Translations under genes and position numbers: made by a program
In this document: positions 28,293 to 38,063 of the stretch, piece by piece
How positions within the stretch are numbered: position 1 is the first letter of the stretch
Layout: each line of letters begins with the position of its first letter
DNA from: Parcubacteria group bacterium Gr01-1014_17
GTDB lineage: Bacteria > Patescibacteriota > Minisyncoccia > Phycocordibacterales > UBA10002
Reading direction: 5' to 3'
Assembly: GCA_007376285.1 (NCBI GenBank)
Contig: VMFZ01000005.1
Span: 699 to 64,698 of the forward strand
DNA: 64,000 nt
Notes under the pieces: model-generated
Told to the model about the DNA's origin: nothing
The model's input: the letters and a program-made list of their open reading frames with translations, nothing else
The model's database searches: none

Positions 28293-29231
28293 TTATTTGA
28301 AGTACTTTCCCGCTTCCGTGTAGGGAACGGTGCAGTGCTTGCACATAGGCAAGTTATTTTTCTTGCCATCCAGATGCAGTTTTCGTACGGTCCCAAACTT
28401 TGGGGAATTAAATATCGCGATGGTGTTATCGTTTGCGACATTACCAAAGTTGTATTTTCCCTCGCTCCAATCTTCACAGCAGTAAGTTACTTGGCCATCG
28501 GCAAGTATATACATCACCTGGAACGGGAAAGGACAGGCGGTTTTTTCAAGAGTGTCATCTCGGTTGATTCCAACTTCAAGCGAACCCCATGAATGGGCCG
28601 GCAGGACTCCAAGGAAGTCACGCCGCGCGCGGTCTATGCGATGTTCCCAGAACTCAAGAAACGCTTTTTCTTCATGCGCATTGGTTTCTTGTCTGACAAA
28701 CCGTACAAGAAATCGCGTCTGGTAATTGCCTTCATTTCGCAAGGCAATCATCTGTAGGCAGTTCGCGACCGTCTTTTCCAAACGGCCGTTGACTCGAATC
28801 GCTTCATAAATCGGCGCGGTTGCGCCGTCAATAGAAAAGATAATCGTGTCAATACCGCTTTCAAGCATTTCTTCCTGTTTCTCCCGCGACAGGTTAAACA
28901 GCGCCATATTGCTGGAGAAGCCGATGTTTCTGAACCCGTGTTTTTTTGCATACCGAATTCTTCTCGACATCAGTTGGTCAAGAAACGGCTCTCCCAAGCC
29001 AAAGAGGTCCATCATCTCAACCTCTCCATTATGTGGAGAAAGGTCGTTGATGATTTTCTCAAAAAGCTCCATCGTCATAATGCCACGGACTTTTTTTGTT
29101 GGCGTGCTTATTGGGCACATTGGGCATCGCAAGTTGCAAATGCCACCGATTGTTTCAATCGTTACTCTCCGCGGAATAATTTGTCCCTGCGGAGCTGAAG
29201 GGGGCGTAAATGCCCATGGTTTTTCTGTCAT
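28293..29231 (-). CDS. Radical SAM protein with SPASM/twitch domain
   Basis: CNLRCPMC, GEP, SIDG; C-terminal CPFP...CCED...CKHC; start re-called at 29231 (ATGA overlap with the rmlC stop). Confidence 0.9.
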   Translation of the reverse strand: MTEKPWAFTPPSAPQGQIIPRRVTIETIGGICNLRCPMCPISTPTKKVRGIMTMELFEKIINDLSPHNGEVEMMDLFGLGEPFLDQLMSRRIRYAKKHGFRNIGFSSNMALFNLSREKQEEMLESGIDTIIFSIDGATAPIYEAIRVNGRLEKTVANCLQMIALRNEGNYQTRFLVRFVRQETNAHEEKAFLEFWEHRIDRARRDFLGVLPAHSWGSLEVGINRDDTLEKTACPFPFQVMYILADGQVTYCCEDWSEGKYNFGNVANDNTIAIFNSPKFGTVRKLHLDGKKNNLPMCKHCTVPYTEAGKYFK

Positions 29232-29800
29232 AATACTCCTTTCGTTGTTCGGACAAATTCTTTCCATGTCCCGTAGTTTTTGTGAGTTTCAGATATAAGC
29301 GGCTTGACACAGTCGAGCGGCCATTTGATGTTCACATCAGAGTCATTCCATATGATTCCGGCGCTTAAGTCCTCACGAAACCGATTGTCGGCAAAAGCCA
29401 TAACTTCTGCGTTGTTGGTTATAGATAGACATCCGTGTGCAAAACCGCGCGGCACGAACAGTGCATTGTGTTTTTCTGCTGTTAAGTCAACGGCGAGCCA
29501 TTCGCCGAGAGTAGGGCTTTTTTTTCTGATGTCTATGACCGCCCAAAACATTCTGCCTCGCGTTGCTACCAGCATTTTCCCTTCCATTTCTGGCGGAAGT
29601 TGCACATGCATACCGCGCAAGACATTTTTGTGTTTTGAGTGTACCAGACTTATCTGTTTCCACTCCGGTATGCCCCCAATTTTCTTTTTGAGTTCTTTCT
29701 CATCAAAAAACCGAGTCAGGCAGCCCCTGTGGTCCGTTATATGCCAAGGGATAATCTCAACTACCCCCGCCAATTTTGTCGGACGGATTTCCAGTTCCAT
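29228..29800 (-). CDS. rmlC: NDP-4-keto-sugar 3,5-epimerase
   Basis: DHRG, VLRGMH.Q, K, DIRK.SPT.G.W, VPRGFAHG, WND....I.WP. Confidence 0.9.
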   Translation of the reverse strand: MELEIRPTKLAGVVEIIPWHITDHRGCLTRFFDEKELKKKIGGIPEWKQISLVHSKHKNVLRGMHVQLPPEMEGKMLVATRGRMFWAVIDIRKKSPTLGEWLAVDLTAEKHNALFVPRGFAHGCLSITNNAEVMAFADNRFREDLSAGIIWNDSDVNIKWPLDCVKPLISETHKNYGTWKEFVRTTKGVL

Positions 29801-29884
29801 TTTCTTTCCTTTTTTTAAAGACCAGTCTATCGCGAATTCTATGTCATTTAGTTCGTCTTGTCAAAAAAAACAAGAAACCGGTAT

Positions 29885-30727
29885 TCATCTTTTCTGAATC
29901 GCGAGAGCCATTACCGCATAATGATTCCGCAGAGTTTTTATCCGCCTTATGCTCAATGCTTCAAAGCCGCATTCTTTAAGAATCCGTGTAAGCGTTTCCT
30001 GGTCAAACATCCACAAGTGGCACGCATTAAAAATATCATCATCTTTTGGTTTGAGGCGAGACGCCAGTGCATCAGGCACTTCAACATAAAGAAACGAATT
30101 TGCATCCATATCTTTGCGAACGCTTTTCAGAAGCGACCTGGGATTCGCCATATGTTCCAAGACATAAACAAGGGAAATAAGATTGAATTTCCTATGAAAT
30201 CGGTTGGGCTTGTAAAACTTCTGTATCAGCGGAATTTTCAGTTTCTTTTTTACAAAGTCGTTGTTTTTGGCAGGGTCAATAATATAAGAACGCCAAAGGC
30301 GGTCTTGAAACTCATAAGCGAAAATTGCCGCGCCGCCTCCTATATCAAGCGCCGAGAACGGCGGCGCGGGCTTTTTAATAATGCCGTCTTCCCACACCCT
30401 TTCGATCGTTTCTTTTATCCAGCAAACTCTCTTCTTTGTTTCAGATTGATGTTCCGGCAGAGCTGTTATTTTGTTGAAGATTTCTTCTGCGGTTTCTTTT
30501 CTCCAATTGGCATTCGTGTCTCTATAGGCCGTTTCGTATATTGTGTGTATGACTTTCGGCGGTCTGGAATAGATGGAATAAAAGAAACCGCATTTTGAAC
30601 ACCGAACCCACTTTCGGAAATAATTTTTTGCGGTTACTCTCACTGCCGCTTCATATCGGTCCGGTTCTTTGTATGAGAAGATTACTTTATGAGAAGACGA
30701 CTTGCATAAAAGGCACGGCGATGGCAT
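29885..30727 (-). CDS. SAM-dependent methyltransferase with N-terminal Zn motif
   Basis: CLLC...CSKC, LDIGGG, VLEH, EVPD, HLW.F. Confidence 0.82.
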   Translation of the reverse strand: MPSPCLLCKSSSHKVIFSYKEPDRYEAAVRVTAKNYFRKWVRCSKCGFFYSIYSRPPKVIHTIYETAYRDTNANWRKETAEEIFNKITALPEHQSETKKRVCWIKETIERVWEDGIIKKPAPPFSALDIGGGAAIFAYEFQDRLWRSYIIDPAKNNDFVKKKLKIPLIQKFYKPNRFHRKFNLISLVYVLEHMANPRSLLKSVRKDMDANSFLYVEVPDALASRLKPKDDDIFNACHLWMFDQETLTRILKECGFEALSIRRIKTLRNHYAVMALAIQKR

Positions 30728-30793
30728 ATAGTGAAAGATACTATTCCAACTGCGTGTTGGAGTCAATTTTGTTTCGTGCTATTCTTTTTTTCT

Positions 30794-31690
30794 ATGATAC
30801 CTCACACAGAGCGTCGACACCCTTTGGTCAGTATCGGCGTTCCCACCTATAATCGAGCCGACCTTTTGCAACTCACACTCGATTCGCTTCTTGCGCAGAC
30901 CGACAAAAATGTAGAAATTATTATCTCGGACAACGCGTCAACCGACGGCACTGAAGCACTCTGCCGCGCATATGCAGATAGAGAAAATCGAATTTTCTAC
31001 TTTCGACAAGAAAAAAACAGAGGTCAAATGAACAATTATTCGTTCCTTTTGCAGAAAGCGCGCGGGAAGTATTTTATGTGGGCGCAAGACGACGATTCTA
31101 TAGACCAAAACTATGTGGAAGTTCTTACTGATGTGTTAGAAAAGAATCCTGAATACTCGGTTGCCTTGAGCCATTATTACGAAAAACGAGTTGGCGCACT
31201 GACTCCCTTGCCCATCCGCGCTATCACCCACGACTACACGCATAAAAGTTATCGCGAACTGTACGAGCGTTGCCTGTATGGGAAAATCAGCGCGCTTCTG
31301 CTCTACGGTTTATATCGGACCGCGTGTATAAAAGTGCTCTACGCCCGACAGCTTCCCCTCACCTTTAACAATCTTTTGTTGTGGATGTCGGAACTCGTGC
31401 TTGCGGTAAAGGTGTATTCGGTGCCCCTGCTTTTATATACGCATACGCAAGATGTCAGGAGCCACGAAGCGCGACAACCAGACGGTCCGCTTACGCTCGC
31501 AGAGAAAAGGCCTTTTGCAATTACACACTATGTCGCGACCGGCCCCTTTTGGCTTCTTACTTCGCGCGCGATTCCCTTACATAGGAAATTATTGATTTTC
31601 GGCCCGTGGATTCGCCGCGCGTGGAAATATAAACGCAAAATATTTAATGAATGGCGCTGCGCATTTCTCAATATGTTTCGGCGCGTATGA
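30794..31690 (+). CDS. GT2 glycosyltransferase
   Basis: VSIGVPTYNR, ISDNASTD, N.G, WAQDDD. Confidence 0.92.
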   Translation: MIPHTERRHPLVSIGVPTYNRADLLQLTLDSLLAQTDKNVEIIISDNASTDGTEALCRAYADRENRIFYFRQEKNRGQMNNYSFLLQKARGKYFMWAQDDDSIDQNYVEVLTDVLEKNPEYSVALSHYYEKRVGALTPLPIRAITHDYTHKSYRELYERCLYGKISALLLYGLYRTACIKVLYARQLPLTFNNLLLWMSELVLAVKVYSVPLLLYTHTQDVRSHEARQPDGPLTLAEKRPFAITHYVATGPFWLLTSRAIPLHRKLLIFGPWIRRAWKYKRKIFNEWRCAFLNMFRRV

Positions 31691-31693
31691 TAT

Positions 31694-33595
31694 TTATCGC
31701 TTGAGGAGTTGTATCAACGCATCCAGAGCCGCGTTCAGTGATCCAACAACTTGAGAAATTGCCGCGAGATTTTCTTTTCGTCTTTGTAGAGAGGTTGTGG
31801 TAGAAGTGTTTGTAGAAGGAGCAGAATTTACACCCGTAAGCGTGAACGGTAATGTGGCAGCGATTGATTGGCATCTCACAGATGCACTCGGCATATAAGT
31901 GCCGTAACATACGCGAGCACTATAATTTCCAGGCAAAGACGAGCGGGTGTCAAAACCGTCAATACCGGACGACGCATTATGACTGCCGATATTTACTGCT
32001 GTCCCATCGGGTTTTACTATTTCCGAGTGTACCGTAATAACCGATGGACAAGTGTAAGAAACATATATCACATCTCCGATTGCAAATGTAGTTTTATTAT
32101 TCGAAAGCGTAAACGTGAGATTAGAACATGTGTTCGCCGCAGTCGTAAAAGTATGTTCGGGCGGATAGCCGGTACTGAGTACCGCTGAATTTCCCTTTGC
32201 ATCAAAGTTATAAACTCTAAATGTGTAGAGCGTACCGCTTTTTAGATTTGAGAGGGTATAAGAATGCGGGGTCACATATGCCGCCCAAGAATTATCGTAC
32301 GGGGTAATCGCCCAATCCGCCACACTTCCATAGTTCACATATCCAAGGGCCGGTTCATCGGTAGTCCAAGTGATGACCGCTGAATTTGCGGTAATTGAAG
32401 AAGCCAACACTGATGACACGACTGGGGGCGTTATATCCGGTTTCGGAATAGTGAAATAATTGTCACTGTCGTCATACACTTCCGGACTGTCCCAATTAAA
32501 GACCCTTATTTTATAGTCGCTTCCAAAGCCGATTGCATTGTAGTATGGAGACGCCACCCTATCTCCCGAAGACGGTTCTCTCTCTACTGATGGCGGAAGC
32601 GACAAAGTTGTAGAATTAGTGGTAATTGGAGCGCTGTTGCTGTACACAACCTGTGAACCTTTTAAAATCTTGAATCCAACCCGACTCACTCCCTTTAACA
32701 AATAATTGATACCCTGATTAGAAAAATACATATCCCATGTTTCTCCCCCGTTTGGTGATGTGATGGTTATGGGAACGGTATTCTGCAGTGGCGGTGGTGT
32801 GGAGGTAGTATTAGATGCAGTTGTAATGGATGAGGAGATTGTTGCCGTTGTTGTTGTAGAAGGAGTAGAAACTGTAATCGTTGTTTGACTTGTCCCCGAA
32901 GAGGTACCGTTGACAGGTGCGACAGTCGTTGTCACCTCAACAATGGTAGTCGTTGCGCTTGTGGTAGTAGTAGAGGGTGCAAAAGGCGTGGTCGTTGTTG
33001 CAATCGGCAATTGTATTTCAGATGTTGTTGCGAGTTTCTTTTGAATGCCGGGCACCATCGTGAGCCCGGGCGGCACAACATCTGACTTGCCGGAGCCGCT
33101 CGTCAGCAAGTCGTTTATTTTGGTGAGCGTTTTCGGCCCTATATTTCCGACTGCTTCAATGTTGTGGCGCTCTTGGAACTTGCGGACTGCGGCGGCTGTG
33201 AGAGACCCGTAGAAGCCGGTTTGGAGTTTCTCAGGATAAAGGTCTGGAAATTGTGATAGAAACTTTTGAAGTTCACGCACATCCTCTCCACGCGAGCCGA
33301 TGGAAAGGGTGCGTGTGAAAATTGGTGCATTAATTTCTTGCGCTGCAGGTTGCCAGATAAGCGCACTAGGTTCTTCTTTTTCGCGCCGGAGCGCGTCACG
33401 CGCTTCAGTGAGCCGTACTTGAAGCACGACGATTTGGATTTCAATTTCTTGAATGGTACGCTCGAGCCCGCCGAGCGTATCTCCGCCCGCCGTCGTTTGG
33501 GCGTGCGCGCCAAAACCATACAAGAAAGCAAAGAGAAACACTCCTATTGCAAGAATCTCGGTACTTCTATGTTGCTTACGAGCGAACAATGACAT
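31694..33595 (-). CDS. Secreted surface protein: signal peptide, coiled coil, PG-binding domain, Thr/Ser-rich stalk, Ig-like and FN3-like domains
   Basis: AHA-Q signal site; LSIGSRGEDVRELQKFL...GFYG.LT..AVRKFQ...G.IGPKT; ITITSPNGGETW; SAVITWTTDEP...LSNLKSGTLYTFRV. Confidence 0.85.
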   Translation of the reverse strand: MSLFARKQHRSTEILAIGVFLFAFLYGFGAHAQTTAGGDTLGGLERTIQEIEIQIVVLQVRLTEARDALRREKEEPSALIWQPAAQEINAPIFTRTLSIGSRGEDVRELQKFLSQFPDLYPEKLQTGFYGSLTAAAVRKFQERHNIEAVGNIGPKTLTKINDLLTSGSGKSDVVPPGLTMVPGIQKKLATTSEIQLPIATTTTPFAPSTTTTSATTTIVEVTTTVAPVNGTSSGTSQTTITVSTPSTTTTATISSSITTASNTTSTPPPLQNTVPITITSPNGGETWDMYFSNQGINYLLKGVSRVGFKILKGSQVVYSNSAPITTNSTTLSLPPSVEREPSSGDRVASPYYNAIGFGSDYKIRVFNWDSPEVYDDSDNYFTIPKPDITPPVVSSVLASSITANSAVITWTTDEPALGYVNYGSVADWAITPYDNSWAAYVTPHSYTLSNLKSGTLYTFRVYNFDAKGNSAVLSTGYPPEHTFTTAANTCSNLTFTLSNNKTTFAIGDVIYVSYTCPSVITVHSEIVKPDGTAVNIGSHNASSGIDGFDTRSSLPGNYSARVCYGTYMPSASVRCQSIAATLPFTLTGVNSAPSTNTSTTTSLQRRKENLAAISQVVGSLNAALDALIQLLKR

Positions 33596-33676
33596 TGTCT
33601 GTAGTGTACGATATTATCACTCAAACACAAGCCAATTATCCACATTGGCTTACTGTGTTATATTGTCTTGGAATAT

Positions 33677-35269
33677 ATGCTTCACAACTTCATTGTTTTC
33701 TTTGAGACCATTCTCTTTTTGTACATTTCGTATGTTGCAGGAAGGGCTTTCTTGCCGCGGCTCGGCGTCAAAGCGGTTTCCGGAATAGTGGTTGCGGTGC
33801 AGGCGGTTCTGCTCGGTTTGGGTATGTTCGCGCTCGCTGGTTTGGCGTTCGGACTCTTGGGGATATTCAATGCGGTAACGCTCTGGGCGTTTACGGCGAT
33901 GCTTGTGTTTGTCGCGCGAAAACAGATTCGGGCACACTTCTTATCGCTTACCATGGAAAACACGCGGCGCGTTTTCCATGCATTCCTCGGTTTGTTTAGG
34001 GAGAATACTTTTTTAAAAATACTGATTGCGGTATGGTTGGTTGCTAATTTTTCTCTCGCGTTCGTGCCGCTTACCGCGCACGACACCATAGATTACCATC
34101 TGCCCATTGTGCTGGACATTGTGGAAAAGGGGCGGACGGACTTTACGAGCGCGATTGAGCACTATAGTTTTACGCCCGTTCTCGCGGAGATTTTATACGC
34201 TGTGCCCGCCGTGCTGTTCAACGAAAAAACTGCTCCATTCGTCTTTCAGCCGCTACAGTATATGACGCTCCCGCTTTTTCTCGCGCTCGCGTACGGGTTT
34301 TTGCGGGATAAGCTCAAACGGCGCTGGCTCGCGCCGGCGGCGCTTCTCGCGGTGTTGGGCATGATGGCCCTCCAAAGAGAGGTTTTACACATGGGGTATG
34401 TGGACACCTTTGCGTTTTTATACGGATTTGCGGCGCTTTTCCCGCTTTTGGAATATGCGTCACAACAAAACGGAAACGCAAAACCGCATTTTTCGGAATT
34501 GATGTTTTCCGCCGTGATGCTCGGGATTTCGCTCGGTATGAAATATTTCGGTTTTTTCTTCGGCGTATTCGCCATTGTGTTTCTGGTCGTCGCATGGAGG
34601 CGTTTCTCTATAACGGCGCATGAAATGGGGCGAATGCTTTTTATATTCTGCGCGATTGTCGCGGCTATTTCCTTATTTTGGTACGCCAAGAATTGGTTCT
34701 GGTTCGACAATCCGCTGTACCCGATGTTTTCATCCGACCCTGCGATTGCGATAACTCAGCAAGGTATTAAGTCGTTTCTGCTTGACCGAACATTTTTGAA
34801 TTTTTTTATTTTCCCCTTTGCGCTTTTCGGTCAATGGTTTTTGAATCCCGCGGTAGAGAGTTCAAGCAATCTGGTGATTTTTGCGTATTTTGTATTGCTG
34901 TATCTGCTTGTCGCTCCGCGGATTTTCACGCGCGAGAAGTTTACGCGCGCGGAAGTATTGCTGTTTGTGTTCGTGCATGGCTATCTCGCATTCCACTTCG
35001 TACTCTCGCATTACCTCCGCTACCTCTTGCCGTCGGTGATGATTTTACCTGTGCTCCTTGCGCTTCTCGCGGACAGGCTCTTCTCTACCGCGGAACGCGC
35101 GCTTTCCGCGCTGCGGTTTTCTGTACTTCACAAAACCGCTCACCTCATTGTGGCGCTCGCTATTTTGGTTGTGTTTCTCGGAAACTTCCATTATTTCCAA
35201 ATTCGTTTTTCCTATATTTTAGGTATTTATAATGAACAAGAATATGTACGAAAAATCGGAAGCCAATAA
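33677..35269 (+). CDS. Multi-TM putative GT-C fold glycosyltransferase
   Basis: Many TMs; HD..DYHLP loop, YVD, MKY, WY.KNW....NPLYP, RYLLP. Confidence 0.65.
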   Translation: MLHNFIVFFETILFLYISYVAGRAFLPRLGVKAVSGIVVAVQAVLLGLGMFALAGLAFGLLGIFNAVTLWAFTAMLVFVARKQIRAHFLSLTMENTRRVFHAFLGLFRENTFLKILIAVWLVANFSLAFVPLTAHDTIDYHLPIVLDIVEKGRTDFTSAIEHYSFTPVLAEILYAVPAVLFNEKTAPFVFQPLQYMTLPLFLALAYGFLRDKLKRRWLAPAALLAVLGMMALQREVLHMGYVDTFAFLYGFAALFPLLEYASQQNGNAKPHFSELMFSAVMLGISLGMKYFGFFFGVFAIVFLVVAWRRFSITAHEMGRMLFIFCAIVAAISLFWYAKNWFWFDNPLYPMFSSDPAIAITQQGIKSFLLDRTFLNFFIFPFALFGQWFLNPAVESSSNLVIFAYFVLLYLLVAPRIFTREKFTRAEVLLFVFVHGYLAFHFVLSHYLRYLLPSVMILPVLLALLADRLFSTAERALSALRFSVLHKTAHLIVALAILVVFLGNFHYFQIRFSYILGIYNEQEYVRKIGSQ

Positions 35270-36032
35270 AAGAAACAGCGTCGTGGTGATTATGCCTGCG
35301 TATAATGCGGCTCGGACTTTGGAGAAAACATATAGGGCGATTCCGTATGGCGCGGTGGATGAAATTATTCTGGTAGACGATGCAAGCCGCGATGATACTC
35401 TCGCGGTCGCACACACGCTCCCTATCCGTGTGTTCAAGCACAAGCGCAATTACGGATACGGCGCGAACCAAAAGACCTGCTACACCGAAGCGCTTAAAAC
35501 AGACAACGATATTATCGTTATGCTTCATCCCGATTATCAGTACGACCCGTCGCTTTTACCGACGCTTATTGCGCCCATTGCGGAGGGCCGCTCGGACATC
35601 GTGCTGGGCTCACGGCTTATGGGGAAGAGCCCTGTTGCGCAGGGAATGCCGTGGTGGAAATACCTCGGCAATCGACTCCTCACTCGTTTAGAAAATATCG
35701 TGTTTGGTTTGCATTTATCCGAATATCATACCGGTTATCGCGCGTACGCGCGCCGCGTGCTTGAGGAGGTGCATTATGAAATGAATTCGGATAAGTTTGT
35801 GTTTGACCAAGAGTTTATCGCGCAGGCGGTGTGCAACAAGTACCGGATTGTGGAAGTGCCCGTGCCGACAAAATATTTTCCGGAAGCATCGTCTGCGAGT
35901 TTCCGCGCCAGCGTCGTGTACGGTTTTTCTATTTTGTTTCTGTTGGCGCGCTACCTTCTCCATCGGAATGGGTGGGTGTGTTCTATGCAGTTTGAGAGCT
36001 TGCCGAGGCGATATAAAACGGCGGTTCGTTAA
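35232..36032 (+). CDS. GT2 polyprenol-phosphate glycosyltransferase (DPM1-like)
   Basis: MPAYNA, VDDASRD, NYGYGANQK, HPDYQY, EYHTGYRAY; true start may be 35244. Confidence 0.9.
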   Translation: MNKNMYEKSEANKRNSVVVIMPAYNAARTLEKTYRAIPYGAVDEIILVDDASRDDTLAVAHTLPIRVFKHKRNYGYGANQKTCYTEALKTDNDIIVMLHPDYQYDPSLLPTLIAPIAEGRSDIVLGSRLMGKSPVAQGMPWWKYLGNRLLTRLENIVFGLHLSEYHTGYRAYARRVLEEVHYEMNSDKFVFDQEFIAQAVCNKYRIVEVPVPTKYFPEASSASFRASVVYGFSILFLLARYLLHRNGWVCSMQFESLPRRYKTAVR

Positions 36033-36216
36033 CATATTCCGCTGTTTAGCATTAAGCCACGGCCGTATCTTATTGCTAAATGCGCACATACACTATCTTT
36101 AACGGTCGTCAGAGATAGTGTATCCAAGTATTTTGCAAAATACTGAAATAGAAAAATAAACATTTTTTACGATTTTGCGCTTTGGTTTTTTGCGATAAAG
36201 TGGTATTATTTTTTGT

Positions 36217-36685
36217 ATGAATCTCATTGTAAAACGAATCTTTACCTGTTTTGTTATTTTACTAATTCTTTATTATGCTGTGATTTTATTGCTTACACCA
36301 CCAAAGGAATCGTGGCCAGTTTTCTCTCTTAAAACTGGGGAATTTAAATGTTGGACCTAAGGGTATCGAGAAAAATCTAGTTTTGAAAGACGTCTATTCA
36401 ACAATGGAAACGCTTTTAAGAAAATTTGATGGATGTTACTTTGATTTGACAGATATGAACTACTCAATTAACACCTCATTAAACAGAGAGAAACTTGTAG
36501 TCGAACCAAATGAATATGTTAATCTTTCTAACGAACGCGAGTTTGTTTTTCCAGTAAGACTTGATGGTTTGAGCCGGATTTTTATTCTGCTTCAGATTCT
36601 ATTTGTTGGATTACCTTTGGTATTGTTAGTCTTCAAAACCATCATCAAGTTTGTTATTAAAGGTAGAGACTTTTTTATAAAATAA
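36217..36685 (+). pseudogene. Probable frameshifted AT-rich two-TM membrane protein
   Basis: 47-aa ORF 36217-36360 (N-terminal TM, preceded by TGgTATTAT) overlaps an open +1 frame continuing into ORF 36383-36685 (C-terminal TM). Confidence 0.5.
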
Positions 36686-36732
36686 TTTATGAATCTATCC
36701 AACAACGAAAAACTGGATGTCTACGAGTTGGT

Positions 36733-36770
36733 CTGACATTCCTACATTCCTAGGAAAGTAGGAATATCAG
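36733..36770. repeat. 38-bp imperfect palindrome (REP-like)
   Basis: CTGACATTCCTACATTCCT / AGGAAAGTAGGAATATCAG, 2 mismatches. Confidence 0.8.
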
Positions 36771-36851
36771 CACATTGGGACATTCTTATATTTCTAGTGT
36801 ATCGTACAATGTGGCACAGTTCTTCACAATAAAACAACAAGAAAGGCGGCT

Positions 36852-37643
36852 ATGGTCAAAAGACAAGAAACGCGGTATCTCATTTCCCGAAGCGAGCAAA
36901 GCATCTTTTCCGAAATCTACTTCCCCAAAAGAGCGGCGTACTATGGCACTATCTTTGATGCCTTGCGTAAAGGTTATAAAGAGGATGTCGTTAAAAAATA
37001 CATGGACACTAATGCGCCGGTTCTCCTTGAAGAGTACCAAGCATATCCTGCACTCTTTGACCCAGATGACTACACAAAAGCACGGAGAGTAACAGAGCCA
37101 GTCTCAGTTGAGAAAGCGCGCGAACGCATCAAAATGTACCAATCCCCATTTAAAGGTTGGTCAACTTATAGCGTAGACGGTGTCTTTTTTGATAAAAAGA
37201 ACAAAATGTACGAGGAAGCGGTCCAAGTAGTGCGCATTATGTTCCGCTTCCAGAGTTCTTTCGCTCTCGTAGCAGAAAAGGAGGGATGCAGTGATGTATT
37301 GCGATGCATGCTGGTATGGCTTGCTACCCGCCAAGGACGGTTGGCTGGCCACAAAATATGGTTTGAGAGCGAGAAACGGCTTTTCGTCACAAACCAGCCG
37401 CCTTTTCCGAAACGCAAGCGCGCTTTTGTAGAACAGCACTTCGCTAGCATCGCCAGAGAAGTGAATAAATGGATTGACGACCGCGGGCTTTTCACCTTTG
37501 CGTATTTGGTCCATAAGTTTGCAGAAAATGTGCTTGCCGAGCAACTGTACGAAAAAGAGATTTGGGCGACCAATCTTTTTAATCAAAACCTCATTATAAC
37601 GAGCCGTGTTGAAAACGGCGAAAATCACATAACGCAGAAATGA
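36852..37643 (+). CDS. Hypothetical protein, 263 aa
   Basis: Long ORF with GAAAGG SD and globular composition. Confidence 0.75.
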   Translation: MVKRQETRYLISRSEQSIFSEIYFPKRAAYYGTIFDALRKGYKEDVVKKYMDTNAPVLLEEYQAYPALFDPDDYTKARRVTEPVSVEKARERIKMYQSPFKGWSTYSVDGVFFDKKNKMYEEAVQVVRIMFRFQSSFALVAEKEGCSDVLRCMLVWLATRQGRLAGHKIWFESEKRLFVTNQPPFPKRKRAFVEQHFASIAREVNKWIDDRGLFTFAYLVHKFAENVLAEQLYEKEIWATNLFNQNLIITSRVENGENHITQK

Positions 37644-37655
37644 AAGGAAAAATAA

Positions 37656-37997
37656 ATGAAAGAAAGTAAGATTCATCCAAAAGTCACGGAACTCTTGCAA
37701 GAAGTATTCGGTTGGTTTAACGAAGATGAAGGCGAGCGAGCCGGAAAATATCCAGAAGTTTATCTCGTGTCTTTGTTAGAAAATATCAAAGAGGAATTGC
37801 CCGAAGTATCAGCGATGCTCTATTCAGCGGTTGATATGGCAAGATTCGGTCCTGATGTAAAAGGATTCAGATTCGGTCCCGCGACAGAAAGATTCCAAAA
37901 GATATTATCTGTCGTTCAACCAAATGAGAAAGTACCATCTCATAAAATGGGAAAGAAATCTCTAAAACGCCGACATTTGCAAAAAATTGCCGCGTAA
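37656..37997 (+). CDS. Hypothetical protein, 113 aa
   Basis: GAAAGGA SD; 12 nt after the upstream stop; terminator follows. Confidence 0.65.
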   Translation: MKESKIHPKVTELLQEVFGWFNEDEGERAGKYPEVYLVSLLENIKEELPEVSAMLYSAVDMARFGPDVKGFRFGPATERFQKILSVVQPNEKVPSHKMGKKSLKRRHLQKIAA

Positions 37998-38016
37998 CTT
38001 CTTGTTGTGTTCTCGC

Positions 38017-38044
38017 AAGCCCCGTTCAAATGGACGGGGCTTTT
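38017..38044 (+). terminator. Intrinsic terminator
   Basis: AAGCCCCGTTCA-AA-TGGACGGGGCTT-TT. Confidence 0.75.
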
Positions 38045-38063
38045 CTGTACTATATGGTAATAT

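Noticed and set aside
29858-30598. 246-aa antisense ORF (likewise 7932-8645, 48438-49229, 52443-53159, 61187-61921)
   Set aside because: Each lies opposite a motif-supported gene and has no recognisable motifs.
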